A stretch of 64,000 nt of DNA, taken from an uncultured Verrucomicrobiota bacterium (GTDB lineage Bacteria > Verrucomicrobiota > Verrucomicrobiia > Limisphaerales > CAZVRY01). The stretch spans positions 37-64,036 of the forward strand of contig CAZVRY010000008.1 in the NCBI GenBank assembly GCA_964629545.1, read 5' to 3'. Each line of letters opens with the position of its first letter. Within the stretch, counting starts at the first letter, position 1. This document shows, piece by piece, positions 1 through 9,206 of this stretch. The notes beneath the pieces were generated by a model that saw only the letters and a list, made by a program, of their open reading frames with translations, did no database searches and was not told the DNA's origin. The translations under genes and the position numbers were made by a program.

Positions 1-201
1 TCCTTGGCCTCGCCATCCGGGGAGGCATACCGGTAATAACACCCGTGCCGGTGCATGAGCCCGGGGCATCCCGATGGACAAAGGGGGCGCTGTCCGTTGA
101 GTGAATCTTCGCGAACTTGGATGACCTCCTAAAACCAGACTCCTCCCGATGGATCAAGCCGCCTTCCCTCCGATCACCCGCCTCACCCTCCACACCTCAT
201 T

Positions 202-1830
202 TCAGAAACGCTCCAGTCCCGCTCCCTCAAGAGATTTCACAGCGGTACAATTGGAGAACTCCGGTGCGAGCAACGGAGTTGACGGCAACTCTAATCCGTA
301 GTGGATGAAGAAGGTCTTAGCGGCGTCGTATTCGTGCTCTGAGAACCCTTCGTGCGTCACCGTGGCAGCGCGTTTGCGCACATCCACCGGAATAATCAGT
401 TCCTCGTAAGACGAACGAACCGAGAGCACGACTCCGATCCAAGGAGAACGCTCAAGGCAAGCAACAAATGCCGCAAGGTTGCTCGGCCAAATGGCGCGGC
501 CGGAGCCTTCGTTCAAGGCATCGATCAGCAACAGCGCCCGCGAGTCCGCTGCCTGCGCGGCCGACTCGAGAGCGCCAACAAACTCCTCAGCGGACAAGCC
601 TGCCATGTCGAGTTGCTGAAGTGCCTGGAGCCACGGCGCATCATTGCTCACGAACCGTTGCCCCATGAGAAGCACCGTTGGCCGACCGGCAGCGATGCGT
701 TCCTGCGCCACGTCACAAAGGAGATGGGTCTTACCCGTGCCAGCGGCGCCTCGGAGGAGCATGAACGCGCCTCCTGCCACGCGTTCAGCGTGCTGTAATG
801 TTTCGCGTGTGGCTCGAAGTTCAGAGGAGAGACCGTGGAGCCGAATCCGGGAATCCCGGTACGGGTTGCTGCGGTAGGAGGGTGAGCCAGTCCCGGTTTC
901 TGGCTCAGATGACGGCTCGGATTCCTTTGCTCGTTCGCTTTCCTCGAATAGCCCTGCGAGTTTATCTGCTGCCGCCTCCCCGGCGCGAACGCGATCCGCG
1001 ATTTCGTTGAATGGAAGCGAACCGATCGGCTGAACTCGGACGTTGCCGAGCCCTGAAAGAATCGCTTGGACTTGTGATGCTAATGCCGCTGCTGCGTCTT
1101 GGAGTGGCGGTTCGGCGATACTTGAACCGGCAGAATCTGCGAGCCGCAGTTTCTCCCGGATCCTTCGACCGTGCGCCTTTACCCGCTCGAAGAGCAAGGC
1201 TGTCCGCCCAAAGGCCTCGAACTCCCGAGCGATTGGCAGGTCGACGTGGATTTCAGGTGTGTAACGTGGTCCAGCAGTCTTCACTGCCTCTTCCAGCCGC
1301 GCAGAAAACCAGGCGGCGTCGAACCCGCGGACGTCGAACCAAAACCTCACACGCCCAACGTGTTCCTGCCGAGACAACCGGTCGAGCAGTTCGTGGCTTC
1401 CCCAGTAAACGAATCGGACGGTCACTCCGGCATCCGAAGCCCACTTGGCCCACTTTGCAGCGTGATCGTCCCAGCGGTCCATTGCGGACTTTCTGTCTTG
1501 GATACGAGCGTCAGGGCGATCAAGGGGAACGCAGACGAAGTACTGAATCAGCCGAGGGTGCTTGGCAAGCGCTGTCCTGACAGAATCATCAAGCTGGGCC
1601 CATTGGGAATCCCCGAGTGAGTCGAAATATTTCGCCTGCCATCCCCATTCCGTGCCGTCAGCCAGGACGGTATGGCACTCTACACCGGCGTCAGGGGGCC
1701 CTTTCCTTGTGAAGCTGGAACCACTCGGGCTCTCAGCACGAGCAAGCTGTGAACAAAGCTCTTCAAAGCCCTCTGCTTGTGAGCCGTTTAGAGGACGTAT
1801 CGCGTGCCAATTGATGTTCCGTAGGCTCAT
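202..1830 (-). CDS. Nuclease-like N-terminal domain fused to a P-loop (STAND/AAA-type) NTPase, defence-like; possibly 3'-truncated
   Basis: 542-aa ORF with an ATG start. The N-terminus PDAGVECH...GTEWGWQAKYF fits a PD-(D/E)xK-type D...E-x-K pattern. Walker A is LLRGAAGTGKTHLL and a Walker B-like motif is ALLLIDALNEG. The ORF stops shortly after the NTPase module (..PEFSNCTAVKSLEGAGLERF*). Another open frame continues on the same strand to the window edge, so a frameshifted or truncated C-terminus is possible. Confidence 0.55.
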   Translation of the reverse strand: MSLRNINWHAIRPLNGSQAEGFEELCSQLARAESPSGSSFTRKGPPDAGVECHTVLADGTEWGWQAKYFDSLGDSQWAQLDDSVRTALAKHPRLIQYFVCVPLDRPDARIQDRKSAMDRWDDHAAKWAKWASDAGVTVRFVYWGSHELLDRLSRQEHVGRVRFWFDVRGFDAAWFSARLEEAVKTAGPRYTPEIHVDLPIAREFEAFGRTALLFERVKAHGRRIREKLRLADSAGSSIAEPPLQDAAAALASQVQAILSGLGNVRVQPIGSLPFNEIADRVRAGEAAADKLAGLFEESERAKESEPSSEPETGTGSPSYRSNPYRDSRIRLHGLSSELRATRETLQHAERVAGGAFMLLRGAAGTGKTHLLCDVAQERIAAGRPTVLLMGQRFVSNDAPWLQALQQLDMAGLSAEEFVGALESAAQAADSRALLLIDALNEGSGRAIWPSNLAAFVACLERSPWIGVVLSVRSSYEELIIPVDVRKRAATVTHEGFSEHEYDAAKTFFIHYGLELPSTPLLAPEFSNCTAVKSLEGAGLERF

Positions 1831-1987
1831 TCGGGTGGATCTTGGGCCAGAAGACTATTCAACCGCGCACCGTAGGCAAGCATTCGTGGAACTGGCGCGC
1901 GCCAGGTTTTTGGCGAAGGACTGGAGGACGGTGATCCGAACTTCCATAACTGTTTGCCGCGGCTAAAGGATGACCGTAACGTGAGCC

Positions 1988-2884
1988 ATGCTTTTCGAGC
2001 GCCAGAAGCGTCTGCTTGCCTTGGTGGATGCCTTCGGCGGAGACGTCGGCAGCCTGGATTTCCAGAAACTGCTCTTCCTCTATTGCCGGGAGGTCGAAAC
2101 GGCGCCCAGCTACGAGTTTGTTCCCTACCGCTTCGGTGCCTTTTCGTTCACGTCCTACGCCGACAAGCGGCGCTTGATCGCGCAGGGCTTGTTGGCTGAC
2201 GAGGAGCGGGGGTGGCGATTAACCGCTGAGGGCCGGAAGTTGGCCTGCATCAACCCAGCCGCCCGCCTGCGTTTGGACGGCTTCGTTCGGAACCACCAGG
2301 GACTGCGGGGCGATGCCTTGGTGGCCGAGAGTTACCGCCGCCATCCCTATTTCGCGACCCGGAGCGAGATAGCGGACCGAGTGCTCGGCGGCGACGCGCT
2401 GGCCATGCATGCAATCGGCGCCGCCCGCCCGGCGCGTGGCTGTCCGGGCGTCTGCACGATCGGCTACGAAGGCCGGACGTTGGAAGGCTACCTGAACCGA
2501 TTGCTCCAGGACGGCGTGACCTTGCTCTGTGATGTCCGGAGGAACGCCTACAGCCACAAATACGGGTTTTCAGGCGTTACGCTGGGAAAGGCCTGCGAAG
2601 GAGTCGGCCTCCGCTACGAGCATTTGCCAGAACTGGGCATCGCCTCCCAGGAGCGACGGGAACTTCGAACCCAGGCGGACTACGACGCCTTGTTTGCTGT
2701 GTATGAACGGGAGAGCCTCCCGCGGCAGGGCGCAGCCATGGCCAGGATTCACGTTTGGGTGGGAGAGGGGAACCGGGTGGCATTGACCTGTTTCGAGGCC
2801 CAGCCACACCAATGCCATCGGCATTGTGTGGCCGAGGCGCTGGCGGTCCGCTACGGCAAGGAGTTGCAGGCGGCCCATTTGTAG
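1988..2884 (+). CDS. DUF488-domain protein with an unassigned ~110-aa N-terminal domain
   Basis: 298-aa ORF with an ATG start, divergent from the NTPase gene (157-nt spacer). The C-terminal half (CTIGYEGRTLEGYLNRLLQDGVTLLCDVRRNAYS...RVALTCFEAQPHQCHRHCVAEAL) matches my memory of the DUF488 family signature. The N-terminal part (FQKLLFLYC...YEFVPYRFGAFSF) is unassigned. Confidence 0.55.
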   Translation: MLFERQKRLLALVDAFGGDVGSLDFQKLLFLYCREVETAPSYEFVPYRFGAFSFTSYADKRRLIAQGLLADEERGWRLTAEGRKLACINPAARLRLDGFVRNHQGLRGDALVAESYRRHPYFATRSEIADRVLGGDALAMHAIGAARPARGCPGVCTIGYEGRTLEGYLNRLLQDGVTLLCDVRRNAYSHKYGFSGVTLGKACEGVGLRYEHLPELGIASQERRELRTQADYDALFAVYERESLPRQGAAMARIHVWVGEGNRVALTCFEAQPHQCHRHCVAEALAVRYGKELQAAHL

Positions 2885-2937
2885 GAGGGTGCATGGAGCG
2901 AGAACGGATCCTCATCACGGTCAAGACCTACCCCACC

Positions 2938-4173
2938 TTATCCGGCGGCGACCATCCAACCCCAGGGCAACGCCAGTAGATCGGCGTCGAGCGGGCGGGC
3001 CTGTCCCGCGTGCAACACCACGCTGCGCACGAGGTTGGATTTCTTCTTGAACGAATCTCGGAAGGCCCGAATTCCCGCTGCGTCGGAACTGGTCACGGTG
3101 CTGCCTGCTTTGATTTCCAGGGCGACGAGTTGCCCGGCCTGCTCGAGGATGAAATCCACTTCGTGCCCCGGGCGGTCGCGCCAGAAATGGAGTTTCCGGT
3201 CGAGCGGATCGAGCGCCCGCCAGGTTTGCAGGGTTTGGAACAGGGTCTGTTCCAGCCAGAAGCCAGCGTCAGGACGGTTGGACAAGTCCGTCCGGGTCTT
3301 GATGCCCGCCAGCGAAGCTGCCAGGCCGCAGTCGGTCCAAAGCAGTTTGGGGGTCTTGACCAGCGGAATGGACGGGTTCGAGGCGTATGGACGGATCCTG
3401 GAGATCAGGCAGCCAGTCTCCAGCAGATTCAGGTAGCGGTGGGTGGTGGGATGGGGCAGGGCGGCGTCGCGGGCAATGTCGGCTTGATTGAGCAACCGGC
3501 CGGTGCGGTGGGCGGCCAGCGCCATCACTCGCTGGAAATCCGGCAGGCTGGACACCGCGCTCAACTGGCGGAGGTCGCGTTCGAGGTAGGTCTGGACGTA
3601 GGCGGAAAACCATAGGGCGCGGTCGGCGTCATCGGCGATGGCCAGGGCCGGCGGGAACCCACCGCGCAACAACCAGGCCGGCCAGTCGCCGGTTTCAACC
3701 GGCCACTCCCGGAAATCGAAGTCGGCGGCGAAAAGGCGGTCGAGCGGTTGGAGGGCGTCGTGGCGTTGCTGCCATTCCGCCGGGCAGAAGGGCGGGAGTT
3801 CGAGATAGATCGCGCGCCCCGCCAGCGTGTCGGCCACGCTGCCCATCAGAAGCAGGTTAGCGGACCCAGTGAGGAGAAAATCACCCGCGCGGCGATCCTC
3901 GTCCACGGCGCGCTTGACGGCCAGGAGCAGGGACGGGGTGCGTTGCACTTCATCCAGCGTGACTGGGCGGCTGCCGAGCAAGGCATCGGGACTGCGCTCG
4001 GCCTGGTCCAATACGCCGAGATCATCCAGCGTGAAGTAGGCGCGGTCGGGGTCCATGGACTTGACCAGGGTGGTTTTGCCCGTCTGCCGGGCGCCGGTGA
4101 CGACCGTCACCGGCAGGACGCGGAGGGCGGATTCGAGGTTCCGGACATACCAACGCGGACGAATACCGTTCAT
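2938..4173 (-). CDS. AAA-family ATPase with a DUF4143-like C-terminal domain
   Basis: 411-aa ORF with an ATG start. Walker A is VTVVTGARQTGKTTLV. The C-terminal HEVDFILE...ALEIKAG resembles the restriction-endonuclease-like DUF4143 module usually fused to AAA_14 ATPases. Confidence 0.7.
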   Translation of the reverse strand: MNGIRPRWYVRNLESALRVLPVTVVTGARQTGKTTLVKSMDPDRAYFTLDDLGVLDQAERSPDALLGSRPVTLDEVQRTPSLLLAVKRAVDEDRRAGDFLLTGSANLLLMGSVADTLAGRAIYLELPPFCPAEWQQRHDALQPLDRLFAADFDFREWPVETGDWPAWLLRGGFPPALAIADDADRALWFSAYVQTYLERDLRQLSAVSSLPDFQRVMALAAHRTGRLLNQADIARDAALPHPTTHRYLNLLETGCLISRIRPYASNPSIPLVKTPKLLWTDCGLAASLAGIKTRTDLSNRPDAGFWLEQTLFQTLQTWRALDPLDRKLHFWRDRPGHEVDFILEQAGQLVALEIKAGSTVTSSDAAGIRAFRDSFKKKSNLVRSVVLHAGQARPLDADLLALPWGWMVAAG

Positions 4174-4301
4174 GACGTGAAATAAATCATTTCACGGCCT
4201 GGAAGGCAATGGTTCCTTGCGGGAGCTTGGCGCGTTGAGGCAGGTGCCACACCTGCCCAGGGCGACTGGACTGCGATTGATGAGTGCATCAGATAACGGA
4301 C

Positions 4302-4378
4302 ACCCCTCACCCCATCCCTCTCCCCAACCCTTGGAAGCGATGCAGAGGGGTTGGTGAGAGGGAGACAGGGGAGGGGGC
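4302..4378. repeat. G/C-rich imperfect palindromic element (REP-like hairpin)
   Basis: The left arm is CCCCTCACCCCATCCCTCTCCCCAACCC and the loop is TTGGAAGCGATGCAGA. The right arm is GGGGTTGGTGAGAGGGAGACAGGGGAGGGGG. The inner arm segments CCCTCTCCCCAACCC / GGGGTTGGTGAGAGGG pair with one mismatch. The element is intergenic and related in motif content (CCCTCACCC, CCCTCTCCC) to the element at 9101-9160. Confidence 0.5.
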
Positions 4379-4503
4379 AATCCCATGTCGGCTTACTTCC
4401 GAACTCAGCAATAGAATCCAACCCTTGCTGGCCCCGCGCATTTGGTTCTTCCATTCGCTGGCGGAGCTTGCTAGCACTGCTAGCAGAACTGAGAAGACGT
4501 TAT

Positions 4504-4740
4504 ATGCCGCAACTTCTGGTTAGACAAATCGAAGAGAAGGTCGTGAAGAAGCTCAAAGAGCGGGCTGGCCTGCATGGGGTATCCATGGAGGAGGAACACC
4601 GTCGGATCCTGCGTGAGGTGTTGCTGGGGAGTTCCACCAAGCGGCAATCCTTCAAGGATTTTCTGCTCTCGATGCCGAACGTGGGCGAGGACAAGGACTT
4701 TGCACGGAGCCCGCAGATCCCACGCCCGATTGACCTATGA
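4504..4740 (+). CDS. vapB: VapB/FitA-type (Arc/RHH-like) antitoxin
   Basis: ATG at 4504 lies inside the longer track ORF 4351-4740. The 78-aa product MPQLLVRQIEEKVVKKLKERAGLHGVSMEEEHRRILREVL is typical of FitA/VapB plasmid-stability antitoxins. Its stop overlaps the vapC start (ATGA at 4737-4740). Confidence 0.7.
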   Translation: MPQLLVRQIEEKVVKKLKERAGLHGVSMEEEHRRILREVLLGSSTKRQSFKDFLLSMPNVGEDKDFARSPQIPRPIDL

Positions 4741-5171
4741 GCGGCTTCCTTCTGGATACGAACGTGCTCAGCGAACTGCGCAAAGAGGACCGTTGCAATC
4801 CCGGCGTCCGCGAGTGGATCGAAGGCCACGCCTCCGAGGCGGTATTCGTGAGTGTCCTCGTGCTCGGCGAAATCCGGCAGGGCATCGAACGAATCCGGTT
4901 GCGCGATGATCGCCAGGCTCGGGCGCTGGAAGCATGGCTGAAGCGCTTGAGGGTCGAGTTCGCCGATCGCATTCTGGCCGTCGACGAGCGCATCGCGGAT
5001 CAGTGGGGACGCCTGGGTCTGCGCCGACCGGTCCCACCGGTCGACGCCTTCATCGCAGCGACAGCACTCGTTCACGATCTCGCGGTGGTCAGCCGGGATG
5101 AGGAGGGCTTTCGCAACAGCGGCGTGCAGGTCGTCAATCCGTTCTCCAAACCGCACTCTGCCCACAACTGA
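4737..5171 (+). CDS. vapC: PIN-domain toxin VapC/FitB
   Basis: 144 aa. The N-terminus MSGFLLDTNVLSELRK, then LVLGEIRQG, DAFIAATALVHDLAVVSRDEEGF give a PIN acidic-residue pattern. It has a 4-nt overlap with the upstream antitoxin. Confidence 0.8.
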   Translation: MSGFLLDTNVLSELRKEDRCNPGVREWIEGHASEAVFVSVLVLGEIRQGIERIRLRDDRQARALEAWLKRLRVEFADRILAVDERIADQWGRLGLRRPVPPVDAFIAATALVHDLAVVSRDEEGFRNSGVQVVNPFSKPHSAHN

Positions 5172-8100
5172 ATGGCAACCGTGTTCATCAAGGATTTGCT
5201 GGACCTGCCCGAACAGGTCAGCCGGGGTGACTTCGTCCTGCGCCTGACAGAGGGCGTGACGCGTCCGGACGAAACCTTGCGCGATTACGTCGTGACCAAG
5301 CAACTGGTGGGCTGCTTCGATGCTGCGCTGGGCTTGATCAAGAGCGCGATTGAACAGCGATCGAGCAAAGCGGCCTACCTGCACGGCAGCTTCGGCAGCG
5401 GCAAGAGCCATTTCATGGCGGTGCTGCACCTGCTCTTGGCGGGCCACGTGAAGGCGCGGGGCATTCCCGAACTCAGCGAAGTGGTGGCCAAACACACGGC
5501 TTGGACAGAGGGAAAACGCATTCTCTTGGTGCCCTATCACCTGATCGGCGCACGCAACCTGGAGTCGGCCATCCTCGGCAATTACGCGGCTTACATGCGC
5601 CGGACCCATCCCGGAGCGCCCACCCCGGCGGTGTATCGCTCGGAGAAGTTGCTGGAGAATGCGGATTCGCACCGGCAAGCCCTGGGCGACGCGAAGTTCT
5701 TCACCCAACTCAACCAGCGTCCGGGGCAGACCGTAGCGAGCGACGGTTGGGGCAGCGTTAGGGCCGGGTGGGATGCCGCATCCTACGCGAGTGCCCGTCA
5801 TGCGGCCCCGGAAACGGATGAACGCCGGCGACTGGTCGGGGACCTGGTGGACTCGCTGTTCCCGGCGATGCGTGAAACGAATGAGTTCGTGGACTTGGAC
5901 GATGGGTTGGCCGTTCTCAGTGCCCACGCCAAGTCCCTCGGTTACGACGCCCTGATTCTATTTCTGGACGAGTTAATCCTGTGGCTAGCCAGCCATGCGG
6001 CGAATGTGGATTTCGTCAGCCAGGAGGCCCAGAAGGTCCCCAAGCTGGTCGAGTCGGAACGGGCGGATCGTCCGGTGCCGATCGTGAGTTTCGTGGCGCG
6101 ACAGCGCGATCTGCGAGAATTGGTAGGGCAGCACATCACCGGGGCCGAGCGGATGAGCTTTTCGGACGTGCTGTCCTGGTGGGAAGGGCGATTTAGCACC
6201 ATCAGCCTGGAGGACCGGAACCTCCCGGCCATCGCCGAGAAGCGCATCTTGAAGCCAAAGAGCGTGGACGCACGGCGCCTGATGGACGAGGAATTTGCGC
6301 GGACGGCAGCTCTTCGCGAGGAAGTAAAGAAGGTGCTGCTGACGACCCACTCGAACCCGGAGGATTTCCGCAAATTGTATCCGTTCAGCCCGGCGTTGGT
6401 GGAGACTTTGGTGGCGGTGTCGTCCCTCCTGCAACGGGAGCGCACGGCGCTCAAGATCATGGTGCAGCTTCTGGTGACGCAACGCGACACGCTGCAATTG
6501 GGGCAGATTGTGCCCGTGGGCGATCTCTACGACCAAATCGCACAAGGCGACGAGGCCTTCAGCACCGATATGAAGGCGCATTTCGATAATGCGCACCGGA
6601 TGTACCAGCAACACCTGCGTCCGCTCATGGAGCAGGAGCACAACCTGACCTTCGAGCAGGCGGCCGAACTACCCCTGGGCGATCCGCGTCGGCGGGCGTT
6701 GCGCAACGATGATCGGCTGGTGAAAACCCTGCTGCTCGCGGCCCTGGCGCCAGAAGTGGAATCGCTGAAGCAGATGACCCCTGGTCGGCTGGCGGCGCTC
6801 AACCACGGCACGATCACCACGCCCATTCCAGGGCAGGAAGCGGCGACGGTGCTGAACAAGTGCAAGAAGTGGGCAGCGGCGGTGGGGCAGATCAAGATCC
6901 AGGAGAGCGCCAGTGGCCAACCTACCATCACGCTCCAACTCAGCGGCGTGGATACGCACCGCATCCTCGATCAGGCCGAGTCCGTGGACAACCACGGCAA
7001 CCGCGTGCGTAAGCTTAAGGACATCCTACTGAGCCAAATGGGGATCGCCGTCGAACAGGAGCTTTATGCGCGACACCAGTTTCGCTGGCGGGGTACCAAC
7101 CGTGAGTGTGAGGTCATTTTCAACAACGTTCGCGATTTGCCGGATGAGACCTTGCACACCACGGGTGATGGATGGCGATTGATCATTGATTACCCCTTCG
7201 ACACCGCCAACCACACGGCCCACCAGGACCTTGAACGGCTGGAGCGGTTTCGCGCGGAGGGGAAGGAAGCCCGAGTGATCTGCTGGATCCCGTCGTTTTT
7301 CAACCGCAAGGTCCAGCAGGATCTTGGCTTGTTGGTGCGGCTCGACTACATCCTGACAGAGAATCGCTATCCGACATTTGTCGCCCACCTCTCGGAGGTG
7401 GACCGAGCGGCAGCCCGCGCCCAGCTTCAAAACCAACGGGACATTTTGTGCGGCCAACTGGTCTCGCAGTTGGAGATGGCGTACGGCCTGCGTGGGGGAG
7501 GGGCAGAGTATCTGGATCCCGGTAACGCGTTGGAGGCCGCCGAGCAGTTTCAGGCGTTGGTGCCCTCGCTGGTGTTGCAGCCGCCGGTGGCGAGCAACTT
7601 CAGGGAAGGCCTCGTCGGGCTGCTGGATCAGGCGCTGACGTCGCAGTTTCCGGCGCATCCGGTCTTCGAGGAGGACGCGTTGCTCACCAAAGGACCACTC
7701 TCCAAGGTGCTGGAGGTGATCCGGGTGGCGGCTCGCGATCCCAACGGCGTCGCCAAAGTGGAGCCGACCGACCGCAAACACATGCTGCGCGTCGCCGTGC
7801 CCATGAAACTTGGCGACATGGGGGAAAACCGGTTCCAGGTCGGTCATTACTGGAAACAGCATTTCAACAAGCGGATCGCCCAACATGGTCCGGCGGTCAA
7901 GCCCTTGACCGTCCGCCGGCTTCGCGATTGGACGGACGAACCCACGCCGATGGGGCTGCCGCAGATGGTTCAGGATTTGGTGGTCCTCACCTTTGCCGAG
8001 CAGACCGACCGGTTCTTCACCTTGCACGGAACTCCGGTCGAAGGGGAGATCGGCGGGCTAAACGACGAAGCTGTGCTTCACGAGACGGATCTGCCGATCC

Positions 8101-9020
8101 AGGCTGATTGGGACGTCGCGCGCGACCGGGCCAAGCACATCTTCGGGGTAGATAGTTCTCCGCTTCTGAATGCCGGCAATCTGGCGGGTTTGGCAGCCAA
8201 CATCCACGGTGTCATCGGGCAACACCGTGCGGGAATCCTGGCGCTGCCGAACCGGCTCGATGCTGTGAGGCAGCAGGTGTGGTCCGGGCTTTCTACCTGC
8301 CAGCGCCTGGACACGGCCACCGAGGTGGCTGGGTTGGTCAAGCAACTGGACGATGCGCGGTCCGAAGTGGACGCCATCAAACGGCTCGTCGGAGCCCAAC
8401 TCAAAGCCAAGCCTGCGGTCCTGGGCGCGAGCCTGAAGTCCGCGGGAACGGTCGAGCAGGCGTTGCTGCACTCCGACTGGAAGGTCTTCAACAGCATTCG
8501 CGGGTCGAGTGACAGCCGGAAGTCCGAAGCCGAACGGATCTGGCAGGATTTGGAGATTTGTTTCGTCAGCGATGAACTGGCTGTGGCATTGGTGGCCAGG
8601 TTCGGCTCGCTGCGGGATGAGGCGATTGACCTCCTGGCGCGGAACCTGGCCCCTCCGCCGGCTCCCGCTCAGCCACCTCCCCAGGCTGCGCCGCCTCAAA
8701 CATCGCCACCAACCCTTCCTCCACCGACGCCGCCTGCCATCGCGCTCAAACGCCTCTACAAGCGGAGCCAGGTGGAAGGCGATGCGCTCCCAAACTGGGT
8801 GTCGGAGGCCGCGGCCATGGATTTGCTGCGGGTGCTTTACATTCAACCGCCAGCGCAAGGCGGTGACCAACGCTCGAACATGGTGGTGGTGACGCCCACC
8901 CTCCAGGCGTTGATTCAGTCAGATCCCGGAGCTGTCATCGATCTGACGAAGGGAGAGCTTCTCCTGCCGAGGTATGGCAAGCGGTTGAGGATCGAGGTAT
9001 CACCGCAGCACAACGGTTGA
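5172..9020 (+). CDS. BREX BrxC/PglY-class large P-loop ATPase (DUF6079-like)
   Basis: 1282 aa. The ATG lies directly after the vapC TGA (0-nt spacer). The N-terminal FVLRLTEGV...DYVVTKQLVGCFDAALGLIKSAI...AYLHGSFGSGKSHFMAVLHLLL carries a Walker A at about nt 5385-5411. A Pro-rich linker (APPPAPAQPPPQAAPPQTSPPTLPPPTPP) sits near the C-terminus. The gene is followed by pglZ, brxD and brxHI-like genes. Confidence 0.65.
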   Translation: MATVFIKDLLDLPEQVSRGDFVLRLTEGVTRPDETLRDYVVTKQLVGCFDAALGLIKSAIEQRSSKAAYLHGSFGSGKSHFMAVLHLLLAGHVKARGIPELSEVVAKHTAWTEGKRILLVPYHLIGARNLESAILGNYAAYMRRTHPGAPTPAVYRSEKLLENADSHRQALGDAKFFTQLNQRPGQTVASDGWGSVRAGWDAASYASARHAAPETDERRRLVGDLVDSLFPAMRETNEFVDLDDGLAVLSAHAKSLGYDALILFLDELILWLASHAANVDFVSQEAQKVPKLVESERADRPVPIVSFVARQRDLRELVGQHITGAERMSFSDVLSWWEGRFSTISLEDRNLPAIAEKRILKPKSVDARRLMDEEFARTAALREEVKKVLLTTHSNPEDFRKLYPFSPALVETLVAVSSLLQRERTALKIMVQLLVTQRDTLQLGQIVPVGDLYDQIAQGDEAFSTDMKAHFDNAHRMYQQHLRPLMEQEHNLTFEQAAELPLGDPRRRALRNDDRLVKTLLLAALAPEVESLKQMTPGRLAALNHGTITTPIPGQEAATVLNKCKKWAAAVGQIKIQESASGQPTITLQLSGVDTHRILDQAESVDNHGNRVRKLKDILLSQMGIAVEQELYARHQFRWRGTNRECEVIFNNVRDLPDETLHTTGDGWRLIIDYPFDTANHTAHQDLERLERFRAEGKEARVICWIPSFFNRKVQQDLGLLVRLDYILTENRYPTFVAHLSEVDRAAARAQLQNQRDILCGQLVSQLEMAYGLRGGGAEYLDPGNALEAAEQFQALVPSLVLQPPVASNFREGLVGLLDQALTSQFPAHPVFEEDALLTKGPLSKVLEVIRVAARDPNGVAKVEPTDRKHMLRVAVPMKLGDMGENRFQVGHYWKQHFNKRIAQHGPAVKPLTVRRLRDWTDEPTPMGLPQMVQDLVVLTFAEQTDRFFTLHGTPVEGEIGGLNDEAVLHETDLPIQADWDVARDRAKHIFGVDSSPLLNAGNLAGLAANIHGVIGQHRAGILALPNRLDAVRQQVWSGLSTCQRLDTATEVAGLVKQLDDARSEVDAIKRLVGAQLKAKPAVLGASLKSAGTVEQALLHSDWKVFNSIRGSSDSRKSEAERIWQDLEICFVSDELAVALVARFGSLRDEAIDLLARNLAPPPAPAQPPPQAAPPQTSPPTLPPPTPPAIALKRLYKRSQVEGDALPNWVSEAAAMDLLRVLYIQPPAQGGDQRSNMVVVTPTLQALIQSDPGAVIDLTKGELLLPRYGKRLRIEVSPQHNG

Positions 9021-9100
9021 ACTCACAAATTGCACATGCGATGGCTACGAACGCCCGGCAACGGCACTATTGAGGAGTAACCCGGATGGACTACGAGATT

Positions 9101-9160
9101 ACCCTCACCCTCCCTTCGGGCACCCTCTCCCATCGGATGGGAGAGGGCCGGGGTGAGGGT
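9101..9160. repeat. Nested palindromic element between the ATPase and pglZ genes
   Basis: The outer arms ACCCTCACCC / GGGTGAGGGT are perfect reverse complements. The inner hairpin is CCCTCTCCCA-TCGGA-TGGGAGAGGG. The element is intergenic; the track's GTG start at 9153 lies inside it. Confidence 0.6.
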
Positions 9161-9206
9161 CACTTGTTGCATGCGCCGATTGCTGCACAGTAAGGCCAGT
9201 TCCAAG

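Noticed and set aside
4500-5927. 475-aa minus-strand ORF overlapping vapBC and the start of the BrxC/PglY-like gene. Similar long antisense ORFs lie at 7026-8027, 9105-10331, 17257-18555, 23680-25032, 25755-26876, 35063-36874, 38568-40259, 50510-52234, 53351-54637 and 53893-55542.
   Set aside because: All lie antisense or out of frame to ORFs with clear motifs. They have Arg/Gly/Pro/Ala-rich, low-information composition and no recognisable motifs. These are typical shadow ORFs of high-GC coding DNA.
9153-9206. GTG at 9153 as the pglZ start codon, as in the ORF track
   Set aside because: The codon lies inside the right arm of the 9101-9160 palindrome and adds an unconvincing MRVTCCMRRLLHSKASSK extension. 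ATG 9207 (or 9171) is more plausible, but the start remains uncertain.
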